This document shows, one piece after another, positions 40,774 through 50,564 of a stretch of DNA of 64,000 bases; the first letter of the stretch is position 1, and each line of letters begins with the position of its first letter. This DNA comes from an uncultured delta proteobacterium (GTDB taxonomy: Bacteria > Desulfobacterota > RBG-13-43-22). The stretch is from the NCBI GenBank assembly GCA_963790475.1, contig CAWBOS010000010.1, positions 288,001 to 352,000 of the forward strand, read 5' to 3'. The notes beneath the pieces were generated by a model. It made no database searches. It saw nothing but the letters and a program-made list of their open reading frames with translations, and was not told the origin of the DNA. Made by a program: the position numbers and the translations under genes.

Positions 40774-42219
40774 ATGGATTTTTCGCCCAATGGTCTTGAG
40801 ACCCTTTTTTCACCTCAATCGGTAGCTGTCATCGGGGCCTCCGACAGTTTTAGAAAATGGGGGTTTAGTGTATTCAGTCGTATCCTTAAGGGCAATGGAC
40901 CTTACCGGATCTATCCGGTCAATCGAAACGCGGCAGAGGTCCTCGGCATCAAGGCCTACCAGCGAGTGAGCGATATTCCAGACCAGGTCGAATTGGCCGT
41001 ATTGGTCATCCCTCCTTCTTTCGTTCCGGAAGCCATGAACGATTGTGTGCGAAAAGGGGTCAAGACCGCTCTGGTTATAACGGCTGGTTTCCGAGAAACA
41101 GGTCCCGAGGGGGCCTCTCTGGAAGCCGAGATGGTTCGGGTAGCAAAACAGGGCGGGATCAGGGTAGTGGGGCCCAATTGTAATGGCCACTTCCATACGG
41201 CCGCAAAACTGTTTACAGCGGGCGGGCTGGAGATTAATCCCGGACCGATCAGTCTGATATCCCAGAGCGGCAATTTCGGAGGTTTCATCGTCAGCCAGGG
41301 GACCCAAAAAGGGATCGGCTTTGACAAGTATGTGAGCAGCGGAAACGAGGCCGATCTGACGTTCGAGGATTATCTGGAATATCTGGGTGAAGATAAGGGA
41401 ACCAGGATCATTTGCGGTTATGTAGAAGGGTTTAAGGATGGAAAGCGTTTTTTCCGTTTGACCAAAGAAATTTCACGAAAGAAGCCGATTATTATTTTGA
41501 AGGCCGGGCGGAGCCCGGAAGGGGCCGGTGCCGCCAAGTCGCATACGGGCTCCTTGAGCGGTTCGGCTCCTATTCACGACGCGGTGTTCAGACAAACAGG
41601 GGTTATTCAGGTAGAGAAGGTGGACGAAATGCTGGATGTGGCTTCAGCTCTGATTCATCAACCTCTGCCAAAGGGTAAACGGGTGGGCATCGTCACTGCC
41701 GGTGGGGGTTTCGGGGTCGTGGCCGCCGATGCCTGTCGCCGTCTGGGACTGGAGGTGCCGACCCTGTCCCAGGAGACCATTGAAGGTCTGGATCGATTTA
41801 TGGAATCACGTTGGTCCCACTCCAATCCTGTGGACATGGCCGGAGACGCTTATCTTTCCACCCCGACTCTGGGAACTATGTTGAAGAGCAACGATGTCGA
41901 CGCCGTACTGGCCGTGAGTTGTTTAGGCTTTGTCTCCTCCTCCCCGGACAGTGTTCCGAAACAATACCGAGAAGAGTTTGTTCAATATCAGCAACAGATG
42001 GTTGAGGGCGAGAAGGGCCTGATGGAGGGTTTGATACAACGCGTTGAAAAATACCAAAAACCCCTCATTGTGGCCGCGGTAAGCGACCCCTCCCGATCAG
42101 GAGCCATAGCCCAATTGATTGCCAAGGGCATATACCCCTATCGAACTCCCGAAGACGGGGCCAAGGTCCTTGCTTATTTAGTCCAATATGCCGACTACCT
42201 GGCCCAGCAGGGGAGATAA
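40774..42219 (+). CDS. Acetate/acyl-CoA ligase (ADP-forming) alpha-type subunit
   Basis: VAVIGAS, GPNC, SQSG, SHTGSL, NPVD. Confidence 0.9.
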   Translation: MDFSPNGLETLFSPQSVAVIGASDSFRKWGFSVFSRILKGNGPYRIYPVNRNAAEVLGIKAYQRVSDIPDQVELAVLVIPPSFVPEAMNDCVRKGVKTALVITAGFRETGPEGASLEAEMVRVAKQGGIRVVGPNCNGHFHTAAKLFTAGGLEINPGPISLISQSGNFGGFIVSQGTQKGIGFDKYVSSGNEADLTFEDYLEYLGEDKGTRIICGYVEGFKDGKRFFRLTKEISRKKPIIILKAGRSPEGAGAAKSHTGSLSGSAPIHDAVFRQTGVIQVEKVDEMLDVASALIHQPLPKGKRVGIVTAGGGFGVVAADACRRLGLEVPTLSQETIEGLDRFMESRWSHSNPVDMAGDAYLSTPTLGTMLKSNDVDAVLAVSCLGFVSSSPDSVPKQYREEFVQYQQQMVEGEKGLMEGLIQRVEKYQKPLIVAAVSDPSRSGAIAQLIAKGIYPYRTPEDGAKVLAYLVQYADYLAQQGR

Positions 42220-42504
42220 GGCAACACCTAGGGGACAATATCTATTCCTTTCAGCCGGGATACAATTCCTGGGAATGGGTATCTATCACAATCAAACAAG
42301 ATAGCTGAGAAAGTTTCATTTGTGCGCGAACCCAAGAAGAAATCCCCTAAATAATACTCTAAGAACCTCAACCTGTTCATTCATTGAAAAGAAGAACTAT
42401 CTGCTATGGAAGAAAAATTTTTTTTTAAATTATTACTCATAATTTGTCACAAAAAAATGCTTGACATCATAGTCATAATAAAGTAAATAAACTACGCCTT
42501 AAAA

Positions 42505-42522
42505 AATGAACATTCATTCATT
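42505..42522. promoter_or_regulatory. Candidate TetR operator
   Basis: AATGAA-N6-TTCATT palindrome before tetR; degenerate copy at 43158-43175 before the RND operon. Confidence 0.5.
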
Positions 42523-42539
42523 AATGAAGGGATTGAATC

Positions 42540-43115
42540 ATAAAAAGTTTAGTTAAGCGAGGAAACATCCTGCAAGCGGCCCTGGAACTCATTACCAAAC
42601 AGGGTTTTCATGGCGCCCCGATGGCCGATATCGCCAAAAAGGCAGGCGTGGCCGCCGGAACGATCTACCGCTTCTTCGAGAGCAAGGACGTCCTAATCAC
42701 CGAATTGCATCGGGAATTAACAGACAAAATAAAAGTGGTTCTCCAGGAAGGCTATCCTTCCGGAAAGCCTCTTCGGGAAAAATTCCTCTACCTATTCAGG
42801 GAACTTCTCCAGTATTTTATAACGAATCCCGTTCACTTCCGTTACTTAGAGCAGTACTTCAACTCTCCCTACGGCATCTCCTTACGCAGAGATAGGCTTA
42901 TTAGCGAGTCCAGTAACCAGGATATCATGATGGATATTTTTAACCAGGGGATCGAGCAGCAGATTCTCAAAGAGTTACCCAAGGCGGTGCTGGTTTCCCT
43001 GGCCTTCGGTCCCCTGACTTTTCTGGTACGTGAACAATCCCTCGGTTTTGTCAACTTTGACGAAACTCTGATTAAGCAGACCGCGGAAGCCTGTTGGGAC
43101 ACCATCAAAAGGTGA
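42540..43115 (+). CDS. TetR/AcrR family regulator; helix 1 lies upstream of the annotated ATG 42621
   Basis: KRGNILQAALELITKQGFHGAPMADIAKKAGVAAGTIYRFF; the frame is closed by TGA 42534, leaving ATA 42540 as the apparent start. Confidence 0.8.
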   Translation: MKSLVKRGNILQAALELITKQGFHGAPMADIAKKAGVAAGTIYRFFESKDVLITELHRELTDKIKVVLQEGYPSGKPLREKFLYLFRELLQYFITNPVHFRYLEQYFNSPYGISLRRDRLISESSNQDIMMDIFNQGIEQQILKELPKAVLVSLAFGPLTFLVREQSLGFVNFDETLIKQTAEACWDTIKR

Positions 43116-43282
43116 CCCCGGCTATTTTATGGAGGAAGACGGGTTTATTTCTAATATAAAGAATATTCTCTCATTCATTTGTGTTTCGAATTTATTCTTA
43201 AATTGTTTACTCATGAGCAAAACACCATCATCCAGCCGTGATCGATGATGGGTCGGTAAATTTTATATGACAGAGGTGTCGC

Positions 43283-44491
43283 ATGCATATTTATGACAGG
43301 GCTAAACTAGTTGCCGCCGGGGGGGTTCTCGCCGGACTTTTGATCCTGGGCGGTTGCGGGCAAAAAACCGTCACCGGCGGACCGCCGATAGGCCGAACTC
43401 CCGAAGTTGCCGTAGTGACGATGCAACCGCAGCGGTTGGTAATAACGACCGAATTGGCCGGGCGGACGTCCCCCAATCTGGTGGCTGAAGTGCGTCCCCA
43501 GGTAGGCGGTATCATTCAGAAACGCCTGTTTGTGGAAGGCTCTGATGTCAAGGCCGGCCAGGTGCTCTACCAAATCGATCCGGCTCCCTATCAGGCGGTG
43601 CTGGACAATGCCAAGGCCGCCCTGAGCCGGTCGGAGGCCAATCTGCCGGCGATCCGGTTGAAGACGGACCGCCTGCGGGAATTGCTGCCCGATAAAGCAG
43701 TCAGCCAGCAGGACTATGACGATGCGGCTGCGGCAATGAAACAGACGGAAGCTGACATCCAGTATTGGAAGGCCATGGTTGAGACGGCCCGTATCAATCT
43801 GAAATACACCTCCGTCAATGCCCCGATCTCCGGCCGGATCGGAAGATCCATTGTAACGGAGGGCGCCCTGGTAATGTCCAACCAACCCACAGCCCTGTCT
43901 ACCATTCAGCGACTGGATCCCATGTATGTGGATGTGCCCCAATCCACGACCGAACTGCTGCGATTCCGACGACACCTGGAGGAAGGCCGCCTCAGTCGCA
44001 ACGGGCAGATCCGGAACAAGGTACGTCTCCTCCTGGAAGACGGGACTAAATATCCCCTGGAAGGGGCGCTTCAATTCCGCGACGTCACGGTAGATCCGAC
44101 GACCGGATCGGTCATTCTGCGGATTGTCTTTCCTAATCCGAAGGACGTTCTGCTGCCGGGTATGTTCGTCCGGGCAGTCGTGGAAGAGGGTCTTAATCCG
44201 AAGGCCCTCCTGATTCCTCAACAGGGGGTTTCACGCAACCCCAAGGGAGATCCCCTGGCTTTGATCGTGGATGCCGAGGGAAAGGTCCAACAACGGACGC
44301 TGACACTCGATCGGGCCGTCGGCGATGCCTGGCTGGTTTCATCCGGTCTGGCGCCCGGTGATCGGGTGATCGTGGAGGGGAGTCAGAAGGTGAGACCCGG
44401 TGCACCCGTGAAGGCTGTTCCTTTTGAAACCGGTAACGAAAATAAAAACGGGGAACAAAAGTCTGCGGCACCGCCGGCAAAATCGAACTGA
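43283..44491 (+). CDS. RND efflux periplasmic adaptor (AcrA/MexA-like)
   Basis: LGGC lipobox, AEVRPQVGG, APISGRIG. Confidence 0.93.
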   Translation: MHIYDRAKLVAAGGVLAGLLILGGCGQKTVTGGPPIGRTPEVAVVTMQPQRLVITTELAGRTSPNLVAEVRPQVGGIIQKRLFVEGSDVKAGQVLYQIDPAPYQAVLDNAKAALSRSEANLPAIRLKTDRLRELLPDKAVSQQDYDDAAAAMKQTEADIQYWKAMVETARINLKYTSVNAPISGRIGRSIVTEGALVMSNQPTALSTIQRLDPMYVDVPQSTTELLRFRRHLEEGRLSRNGQIRNKVRLLLEDGTKYPLEGALQFRDVTVDPTTGSVILRIVFPNPKDVLLPGMFVRAVVEEGLNPKALLIPQQGVSRNPKGDPLALIVDAEGKVQQRTLTLDRAVGDAWLVSSGLAPGDRVIVEGSQKVRPGAPVKAVPFETGNENKNGEQKSAAPPAKSN

Positions 44492-44503
44492 GGGAGGGGC
44501 CTG

Positions 44504-47500
44504 ATGTTATCAAAATTTTTCCTGGATCGGCCAGTCTTTGCCTGGGTCATCGCCATCATCATCATGCTGGGGGGCGGTCTGGCCATTTATAATCTCCCTA
44601 TATCGCAGTATCCGCCCATTGCACCCCCGTCGATCTATATTGCCTCCAACTACCCCGGTGGTTCGGCAGAGACCGTGGAAAACAGCGTTACCCAGGTCAT
44701 CGAGCAGAAGATGACCGGTCTCGACAAAATGATCTATCTTTCCGCTACCAGCGATTCGGCCGGCAACTCCCGCATCGAGTTGACTTTTGCTCCGGGGACC
44801 GACCCGGATCTGGCCTGGGCCAAAGTACAGAACAAGCTCCAGCTGGCCATGGCCAGCCTGCCTCAAGTCGTCCAACTGAGGGGTATCACGGTCGGCAAGG
44901 CCACCAGAAATTACCTGATGATGATAGGCCTGATATCGGAAGACGGCAGCATGGACGGCATCGACCTGAGGGATTATGCCCAGTCCAATCTGGAGAAGGT
45001 CTTGTCCCGGGTGCCGGGGGTTGGCGAGGTGGAAATGTTCGGGTCCCAGTATGCCATGCGTATCTGGCTGAACCCCGACAGGCTGGTTGATTACCAGTTG
45101 ACAATGGATGATGTTATTGGTGCCCTCAAGTCTTATAATGTCGAAATCTCCGCCGGCCAGTTCGGCGGGGCTCCGGCGGTAAAAGGTCAACGGCTGAATA
45201 CTTCGATTGTCGTCCAGAGCCTGCTCAAAACCCCGGCTGAGTTTGCCTCCATTCCCCTCCGGGTCAATCCGGACGGCTCCATTGTGCGCATCAAGGACGT
45301 GGGACGAACGGAACTGGGAACGGACGCTTATAATGTCGACGTCCTTTTCAATGGAAAGCCCGCCGCCGGTATGGCCATCCGGCAGATGGCCGGCGCCAAT
45401 GCCCTGGATACGGCCGATGCGGTTAAAGCCAGACTGAAAGATATGAGCCGCTACTTCCCTCCGGGAATGAAGGCCGTCTATCCCTTCGACACCACCCCTT
45501 TTATCAGGGTAGCCATTTATGAGGTGGTCAAGACCTTATTGGAAGCCATTCTGCTGGTTTTCCTGGTCATGTGGCTTTTTATGGGGAACATCCGAGCCAC
45601 CCTGATCCCGACTATCGCCGTGCCGGTGGTCCTTCTGGGGACCTTCGCGGTGATGGGCTTATTCGGGTTCTCCATCAATATGCTGACCATGTTCGCCATG
45701 GTGCTGTCCATAGGTCTTCTGGTGGACGATGCCATCGTGGTGGTGGAAAATGTGGAGCGGATCATGAGCGAGGAAGGGCTCCCTCCCAAGGCGGCCACCC
45801 GGAAATCGATGTTGCAGATTACCAGCGCCCTGATCGGCATCGGCCTGGTGCTCTCGGCCGTCTTCGGCCCCATGGCCTTCTTCGGCGGCTCTACGGGCGT
45901 CATCTATCGCCAGTTTTCCGTAACCCTTATGGCCGCCATGCTCCTGTCCGTGGTGGTGGCCTTGATCCTGACACCGGTCCTGTGCGCCTCCCTTCTCAAA
46001 CCGGTAAAGGCCGGACATGAACCGGCGGAGAATGCCATTTCCTTCCTCCGCCCTTTCTTTTCCTGGTTTGACCGCTTCTTTTTCCGGACCAGGGACCGGT
46101 TTGTTAGAACGGTCGAGCGCTCCCAGTCGAGGAAGCTGCGCTATATTATCGTTTATGTCGTGATCGTGGCGGCGGTGGGGGTCCTCTTTTTTCGGATGCC
46201 AACCGGTTATCTTCCTGATGAAGACCAGGGGTCCATGATGTCCCAGGTCATCCTGCCGACAGGCTCAACACTTGAGCAGACCAATGTAGTCTTAGAAAAG
46301 ATGCGGAGTTATTTCATGGAAAGCGAAAAGGAGGCCGTCAAATCCTGTATGACGATTTCCGGCTCCGGCTTTTCCGGAACGGCCCAGAATAATGGCATGA
46401 TATTTGTCATGCTCAAAGACTGGGAACTCCGCAACCGGGCCGATCTCAGGGTCAAGGCCGTGGCCGAACGGGCCACGAAGGCCTTTTCTCGCTTTCGCAA
46501 CAGTATGGCCTTCGCCTTTCCGCCGCCTCCGGTAGTCGAGCTGGGTACCGCCACGGGGTTTGACTTCCAGTTGCTGGACCGGGGAGGACTCGGGCATGGC
46601 AAGCTGATGGCCGCCCGCAACCAGCTTCTCGGCCTGGCTTCAAGGGATCCGCGTCTCACCAAGGTCAGACCCAATGGCCTGGAAGATGTGCCCGAATACC
46701 GGGTTGATGTGGATTGGGACAAGGCCGGCGCCCTGGGGGTCCCCATAGACTCGATCCATGACACCATCGTCGCGGCCTTCGGGAGCGCCTACGTGAATGA
46801 CTTTATTCAGGGGGGCCGGATCAAGCGTGTTTTTGTTCAGGCGGACGCACCCTACCGGATGTTGCCCAAGGATATTGATAATCTTTACGTACGAAATAAT
46901 ACGGGGAAGATGGTGCCTTTTTCATCCTTTGCTTCAGGCCACTGGACATCGGGTTCCCCCCGGCTGGAGCGTTTTAACGGCTTTCCCTCCATGAACATTC
47001 AAGGCGAGGCGCCGGCGCGGAGAAGTACCGGTGAAGCCATGCAGGCCATGGAAGAGATCGTGACCAAGCTGCCCAAGGGCATCGGTTTTGAATGGACCGG
47101 CCTGTCCTATCAGGAGAAAATGTCCAGTTCTCAGGGGCCCCTGCTCTATGCCTTTTCCATCATCGTCATTTTCCTCTGCCTGGCCGCGCTTTATGAAAGC
47201 TGGACGATCCCGATCTCGATCATGCTGGTTTTGCCCCTGGGGGTTATCGGGGCGGCATTGGCCACCTGGTCCCGGGGGATGTACAATGGCGTCTACTTCC
47301 AGATCGGATTTCTCACCACCCTCGGTCTGACGACCAAGAACGCCATTCTGGTCGTTCAGTTTGCCAAGGAACAGATGGCCCGGGGGGCCGGGCTGATCGA
47401 GGCCACAGTGGAGGCGGCGAAATTACGGTTTCGTCCCATCATCATGACCTCTTTGGCCTTTTTCTTTGGGGTCTTGCCTTTGGCCATTGCCACAGGCGCG

Positions 47501-47710
47501 GGCGCCGGGGCCATGAAGGCCATAGGTACCGCGGTGGCCGGCGGGATGCTTACGGCGACAGTCATTGCCATTTTCTTCATTCCGCTCTTCTTTGTCCTCA
47601 TCTCCCGCATATTCAAGAGAAAACAACCCTCCCGGGAACTTGACAACGGCCTCAATTCCACCCCTTCACCGGAGGACCAACCCGATACCATGAATTCTCC
47701 AGAGGAATAA
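44504..47710 (+). CDS. RND efflux transporter (AcrB/MexB-like, HAE1)
   Basis: FFLDRPVFAWV, GLLVDDAIVVVEN, KNAIL, RFRPIIMT. Confidence 0.96.
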   Translation: MLSKFFLDRPVFAWVIAIIIMLGGGLAIYNLPISQYPPIAPPSIYIASNYPGGSAETVENSVTQVIEQKMTGLDKMIYLSATSDSAGNSRIELTFAPGTDPDLAWAKVQNKLQLAMASLPQVVQLRGITVGKATRNYLMMIGLISEDGSMDGIDLRDYAQSNLEKVLSRVPGVGEVEMFGSQYAMRIWLNPDRLVDYQLTMDDVIGALKSYNVEISAGQFGGAPAVKGQRLNTSIVVQSLLKTPAEFASIPLRVNPDGSIVRIKDVGRTELGTDAYNVDVLFNGKPAAGMAIRQMAGANALDTADAVKARLKDMSRYFPPGMKAVYPFDTTPFIRVAIYEVVKTLLEAILLVFLVMWLFMGNIRATLIPTIAVPVVLLGTFAVMGLFGFSINMLTMFAMVLSIGLLVDDAIVVVENVERIMSEEGLPPKAATRKSMLQITSALIGIGLVLSAVFGPMAFFGGSTGVIYRQFSVTLMAAMLLSVVVALILTPVLCASLLKPVKAGHEPAENAISFLRPFFSWFDRFFFRTRDRFVRTVERSQSRKLRYIIVYVVIVAAVGVLFFRMPTGYLPDEDQGSMMSQVILPTGSTLEQTNVVLEKMRSYFMESEKEAVKSCMTISGSGFSGTAQNNGMIFVMLKDWELRNRADLRVKAVAERATKAFSRFRNSMAFAFPPPPVVELGTATGFDFQLLDRGGLGHGKLMAARNQLLGLASRDPRLTKVRPNGLEDVPEYRVDVDWDKAGALGVPIDSIHDTIVAAFGSAYVNDFIQGGRIKRVFVQADAPYRMLPKDIDNLYVRNNTGKMVPFSSFASGHWTSGSPRLERFNGFPSMNIQGEAPARRSTGEAMQAMEEIVTKLPKGIGFEWTGLSYQEKMSSSQGPLLYAFSIIVIFLCLAALYESWTIPISIMLVLPLGVIGAALATWSRGMYNGVYFQIGFLTTLGLTTKNAILVVQFAKEQMARGAGLIEATVEAAKLRFRPIIMTSLAFFFGVLPLAIATGAGAGAMKAIGTAVAGGMLTATVIAIFFIPLFFVLISRIFKRKQPSRELDNGLNSTPSPEDQPDTMNSPEE

Positions 47711-47714
47711 TGTT

Positions 47715-49136
47715 ATGACAGGAAAGAAAATATTCATTACCCTGGCCGCCCTTTCTCTGGCGGCCTGTACCATGACCCCGAAATATACCCGGCCAACGGC
47801 GCCTGTTCCCAAAAACTGGCCGACCGGTGCGGCCTACCAGGAAACACAGCCGGGCGAGTCGGCGCCAAAAGTATCGGAGTTGCCCTGGCGGGAATTCTTC
47901 ACCGACGAACGACTGCAAAAAATTATCGAGACGGCCTTGAACAACAACGGCGATCTGCGGCTGGCGGCTTTGAATGTCGAGAGAGCAGCGGCCCTTTACG
48001 GCATTCAGCGGGCCGAACTTCTTCCGTCGGTCTATGGGACCATCAGCGGGAGTAGAACCCATGAGCCCATCTCTATTTTCGGGAGTCTTGCCGGAAATCT
48101 CGGGGGATCGATCACGATTGAACAATACGATGTCAATCTGGGTATTCTCTCCTGGGAGATTGATTTCTTCGGCCGTATCCGCAGCCTGAAGGATCAGGCG
48201 CTGGAGGAGTACCTGGCCACGGATCAGATCCGCCGAGGCGCACAGACCATGCTGGTGTCGGCGGTGGCGGTCGCCTATCTTAGCCGGGCCGCGGACCAGG
48301 AAAACCTCAAGCTGGTGACCTCCACCCTGGAGACGCAAGAAACCTACTACCAGTTGATCCAAAAACGTTATAAGGTCGGTCTCGTCTCCGAGTTGGACCT
48401 GCGAAGAGCCCAAAGCCAGGTGGAGACGGCCAGGGGTGATGTGGCCCGCTATAGGCAAATGGTGGCGCTGGATGAAAATGCCTTGAACCTTCTGGTCGGG
48501 TCTCCGGTGCCGGTCAATCTCTTGCCAGCCGATCTGGACAGCGTCGGCCCACCCAAAGAGATTTCGCCCGGGGTTTCCTCCGAGGTGCTCCTGAGCCGGC
48601 CTGACATTCTGGCGGCAGAGCATCAACTCAAGGCGGCCTACGCCAACATCGGCGCAGCTCGGGCGGCGCTATTTCCCCGCATTTCCCTGACCGCCGTTGC
48701 CGGGACCGCCAGCAGCGATCTCTCCGGCCTGTTCAAGAGCGGCTCCGATGCCTGGACCTATTCAGGGCAGATTTTGGCGCCGATTTTTGACGCCCGTATC
48801 TGGCCGGCGTTGCGAGTAACCAAAGTGCAAAAAGAAATCGCCGTGACCCAATATCTGAAGACTATACAGACCGCCTTCAGGGAAGTGGCTGATGCCCTGG
48901 CTGTTCGGGGCACGGTAAACCAACAGATCACTGCCCAGCAATCCCTGGTCGACGCTGTTACCGAAACCTACCGCCTCTCCCAGGCGCGCTATACCAAGGG
49001 CATCGACAGCTACCTGGGCGTCCTCGATGCCCAACGTTCCCTCTATGGGGCGCAACAGGGACTGATTGGGCTCCGCCTGGCCCGTCTGGTCAATCGGGTG
49101 ACGCTCTATAAGGTTCTGGACTCGGGGAGTAATTGA
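47715..49136 (+). CDS. Outer-membrane efflux lipoprotein (OprM/NodT-like)
   Basis: LAAC lipobox, WEIDFFGR, RPDILAAE. Confidence 0.93.
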   Translation: MTGKKIFITLAALSLAACTMTPKYTRPTAPVPKNWPTGAAYQETQPGESAPKVSELPWREFFTDERLQKIIETALNNNGDLRLAALNVERAAALYGIQRAELLPSVYGTISGSRTHEPISIFGSLAGNLGGSITIEQYDVNLGILSWEIDFFGRIRSLKDQALEEYLATDQIRRGAQTMLVSAVAVAYLSRAADQENLKLVTSTLETQETYYQLIQKRYKVGLVSELDLRRAQSQVETARGDVARYRQMVALDENALNLLVGSPVPVNLLPADLDSVGPPKEISPGVSSEVLLSRPDILAAEHQLKAAYANIGAARAALFPRISLTAVAGTASSDLSGLFKSGSDAWTYSGQILAPIFDARIWPALRVTKVQKEIAVTQYLKTIQTAFREVADALAVRGTVNQQITAQQSLVDAVTETYRLSQARYTKGIDSYLGVLDAQRSLYGAQQGLIGLRLARLVNRVTLYKVLDSGSN

Positions 49137-49356
49137 GAGAAACCGGTTACGGCCTTGGATGTGATTAATAAATGCTCAAACTGATGTCGAGGTTATTTAT
49201 CAATACTGGGTAAAGAATATTTCCGATGTTGAACGAGGACATTTTCCCATTGTCTCCCACCTATGTCGGGCAAGGAAGACGAATTTAAGCCCGGATGTTT
49301 AAAAGGGCAGGGATGGATTTTGGCCATCCCTGCCAAGGGAATTATTTTATTCTTCC

Positions 49357-50229
49357 TTATTTCTTGGTGTAGTCGTACCACCCTTTTCCGGTTTTCTGCC
49401 CAAAATTTCCCTTGACGTATTTTTCGGTTACGCTCGGGAAGGGAAGGTCGGCCGGATTTCCGCTTTTCTTGAAGCGCTCGGTAGCCATGATATAAGCGAG
49501 GTCGATGCCGGTCAGATCCATAAGCCGGAAGGGCCCCATGGGATGGCCGGCCCCATAGACGCAGGCCTTGTCAATATCTTCCGCCGTGGCAATGCCCATC
49601 TCCAGCATCCACAAGGCCTCATGACTGATTACACCGAAAATTCGGTTCAATAAAAACCCATCGACTTCCTTTTTAATCAAGACAGGGACTTTTTCCAATT
49701 TTGTAGAAAGGTCCATGGTAATCTGGGCGGTGTCATCGGAGACATGAGGCCCTTTGACGACCTCGACCAGTTTCATCACCAGGGCCGGATTGAAAAAATG
49801 CATATTCACGACTTTATCGGGCCTTTTGGTGGCATCGGCAATTCGGGAACTGACGATGGCTGAACTGTTCGTGGCCAAGATGGCCTTAGGTGGCGTAAAA
49901 CGATCGAGATCGGCAAAGACCTTCCTTTTGATATCAAGCACTTCTATAGCGGCTTCGATGACATAATCGGCGTCTTTAGCCGCCGCTTCCAGACTGGGGG
50001 TAAAGGAAATATTTTTCCGGGCGGCCTCAGCCTGCTCTTTGGTCAATCTCCCTTTCTCTACTCGTCCGGGCAGATAGGTATTTACAAAGCTTTCCGCCTT
50101 TTTCAATGCTTCGGGCACCACATCGGTACAGGTGGTCTTGTACCCATAAATGGCGCAAAGAAGGGAAATCTGATGGCCCATATTGCCGGCCCCTACAACA
50201 CATACATTTTTAATGTCGTTAACGTTCAT
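49357..50229 (-). CDS. 3-hydroxyacyl-CoA dehydrogenase
   Basis: GAGNMG, ATNSS, HFFNP, PMGPF. Confidence 0.93.
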   Translation of the reverse strand: MNVNDIKNVCVVGAGNMGHQISLLCAIYGYKTTCTDVVPEALKKAESFVNTYLPGRVEKGRLTKEQAEAARKNISFTPSLEAAAKDADYVIEAAIEVLDIKRKVFADLDRFTPPKAILATNSSAIVSSRIADATKRPDKVVNMHFFNPALVMKLVEVVKGPHVSDDTAQITMDLSTKLEKVPVLIKKEVDGFLLNRIFGVISHEALWMLEMGIATAEDIDKACVYGAGHPMGPFRLMDLTGIDLAYIMATERFKKSGNPADLPFPSVTEKYVKGNFGQKTGKGWYDYTKK

Positions 50230-50564
50230 AATTTTTCTCCTTTTCTAAGATGGTAGAATGTAGATAGTGAATGGGTCAGTTTCATTATAATAGTATAGTC
50301 TTTTTAAATTATCTTTACAATTTCTTTTAATGCAGTCAATCCCAGGAAACCCGCAATCCAGATAAAAAATATCGGATCAAGATCAATTCCGGAAGGATTT
50401 GATTGTAAAGGCACCGTTGATACAATACAATAGCAAACGTTTAAAAACGGTCAACCCCTTGGGAGAGCTATCCAGTAATAAAATTTTGCATCATTGGAAG
50501 AGGCCGGTTTTAACTCGGCCTTCAAAAAAAATTTAACCCTTAAGATTATTTTGGAGCCATTGTC

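Noticed and set aside
43307-48626. Long minus-strand ORFs (304, 226 and 324 aa)
   Set aside because: Antisense shadows of GC-rich RND genes
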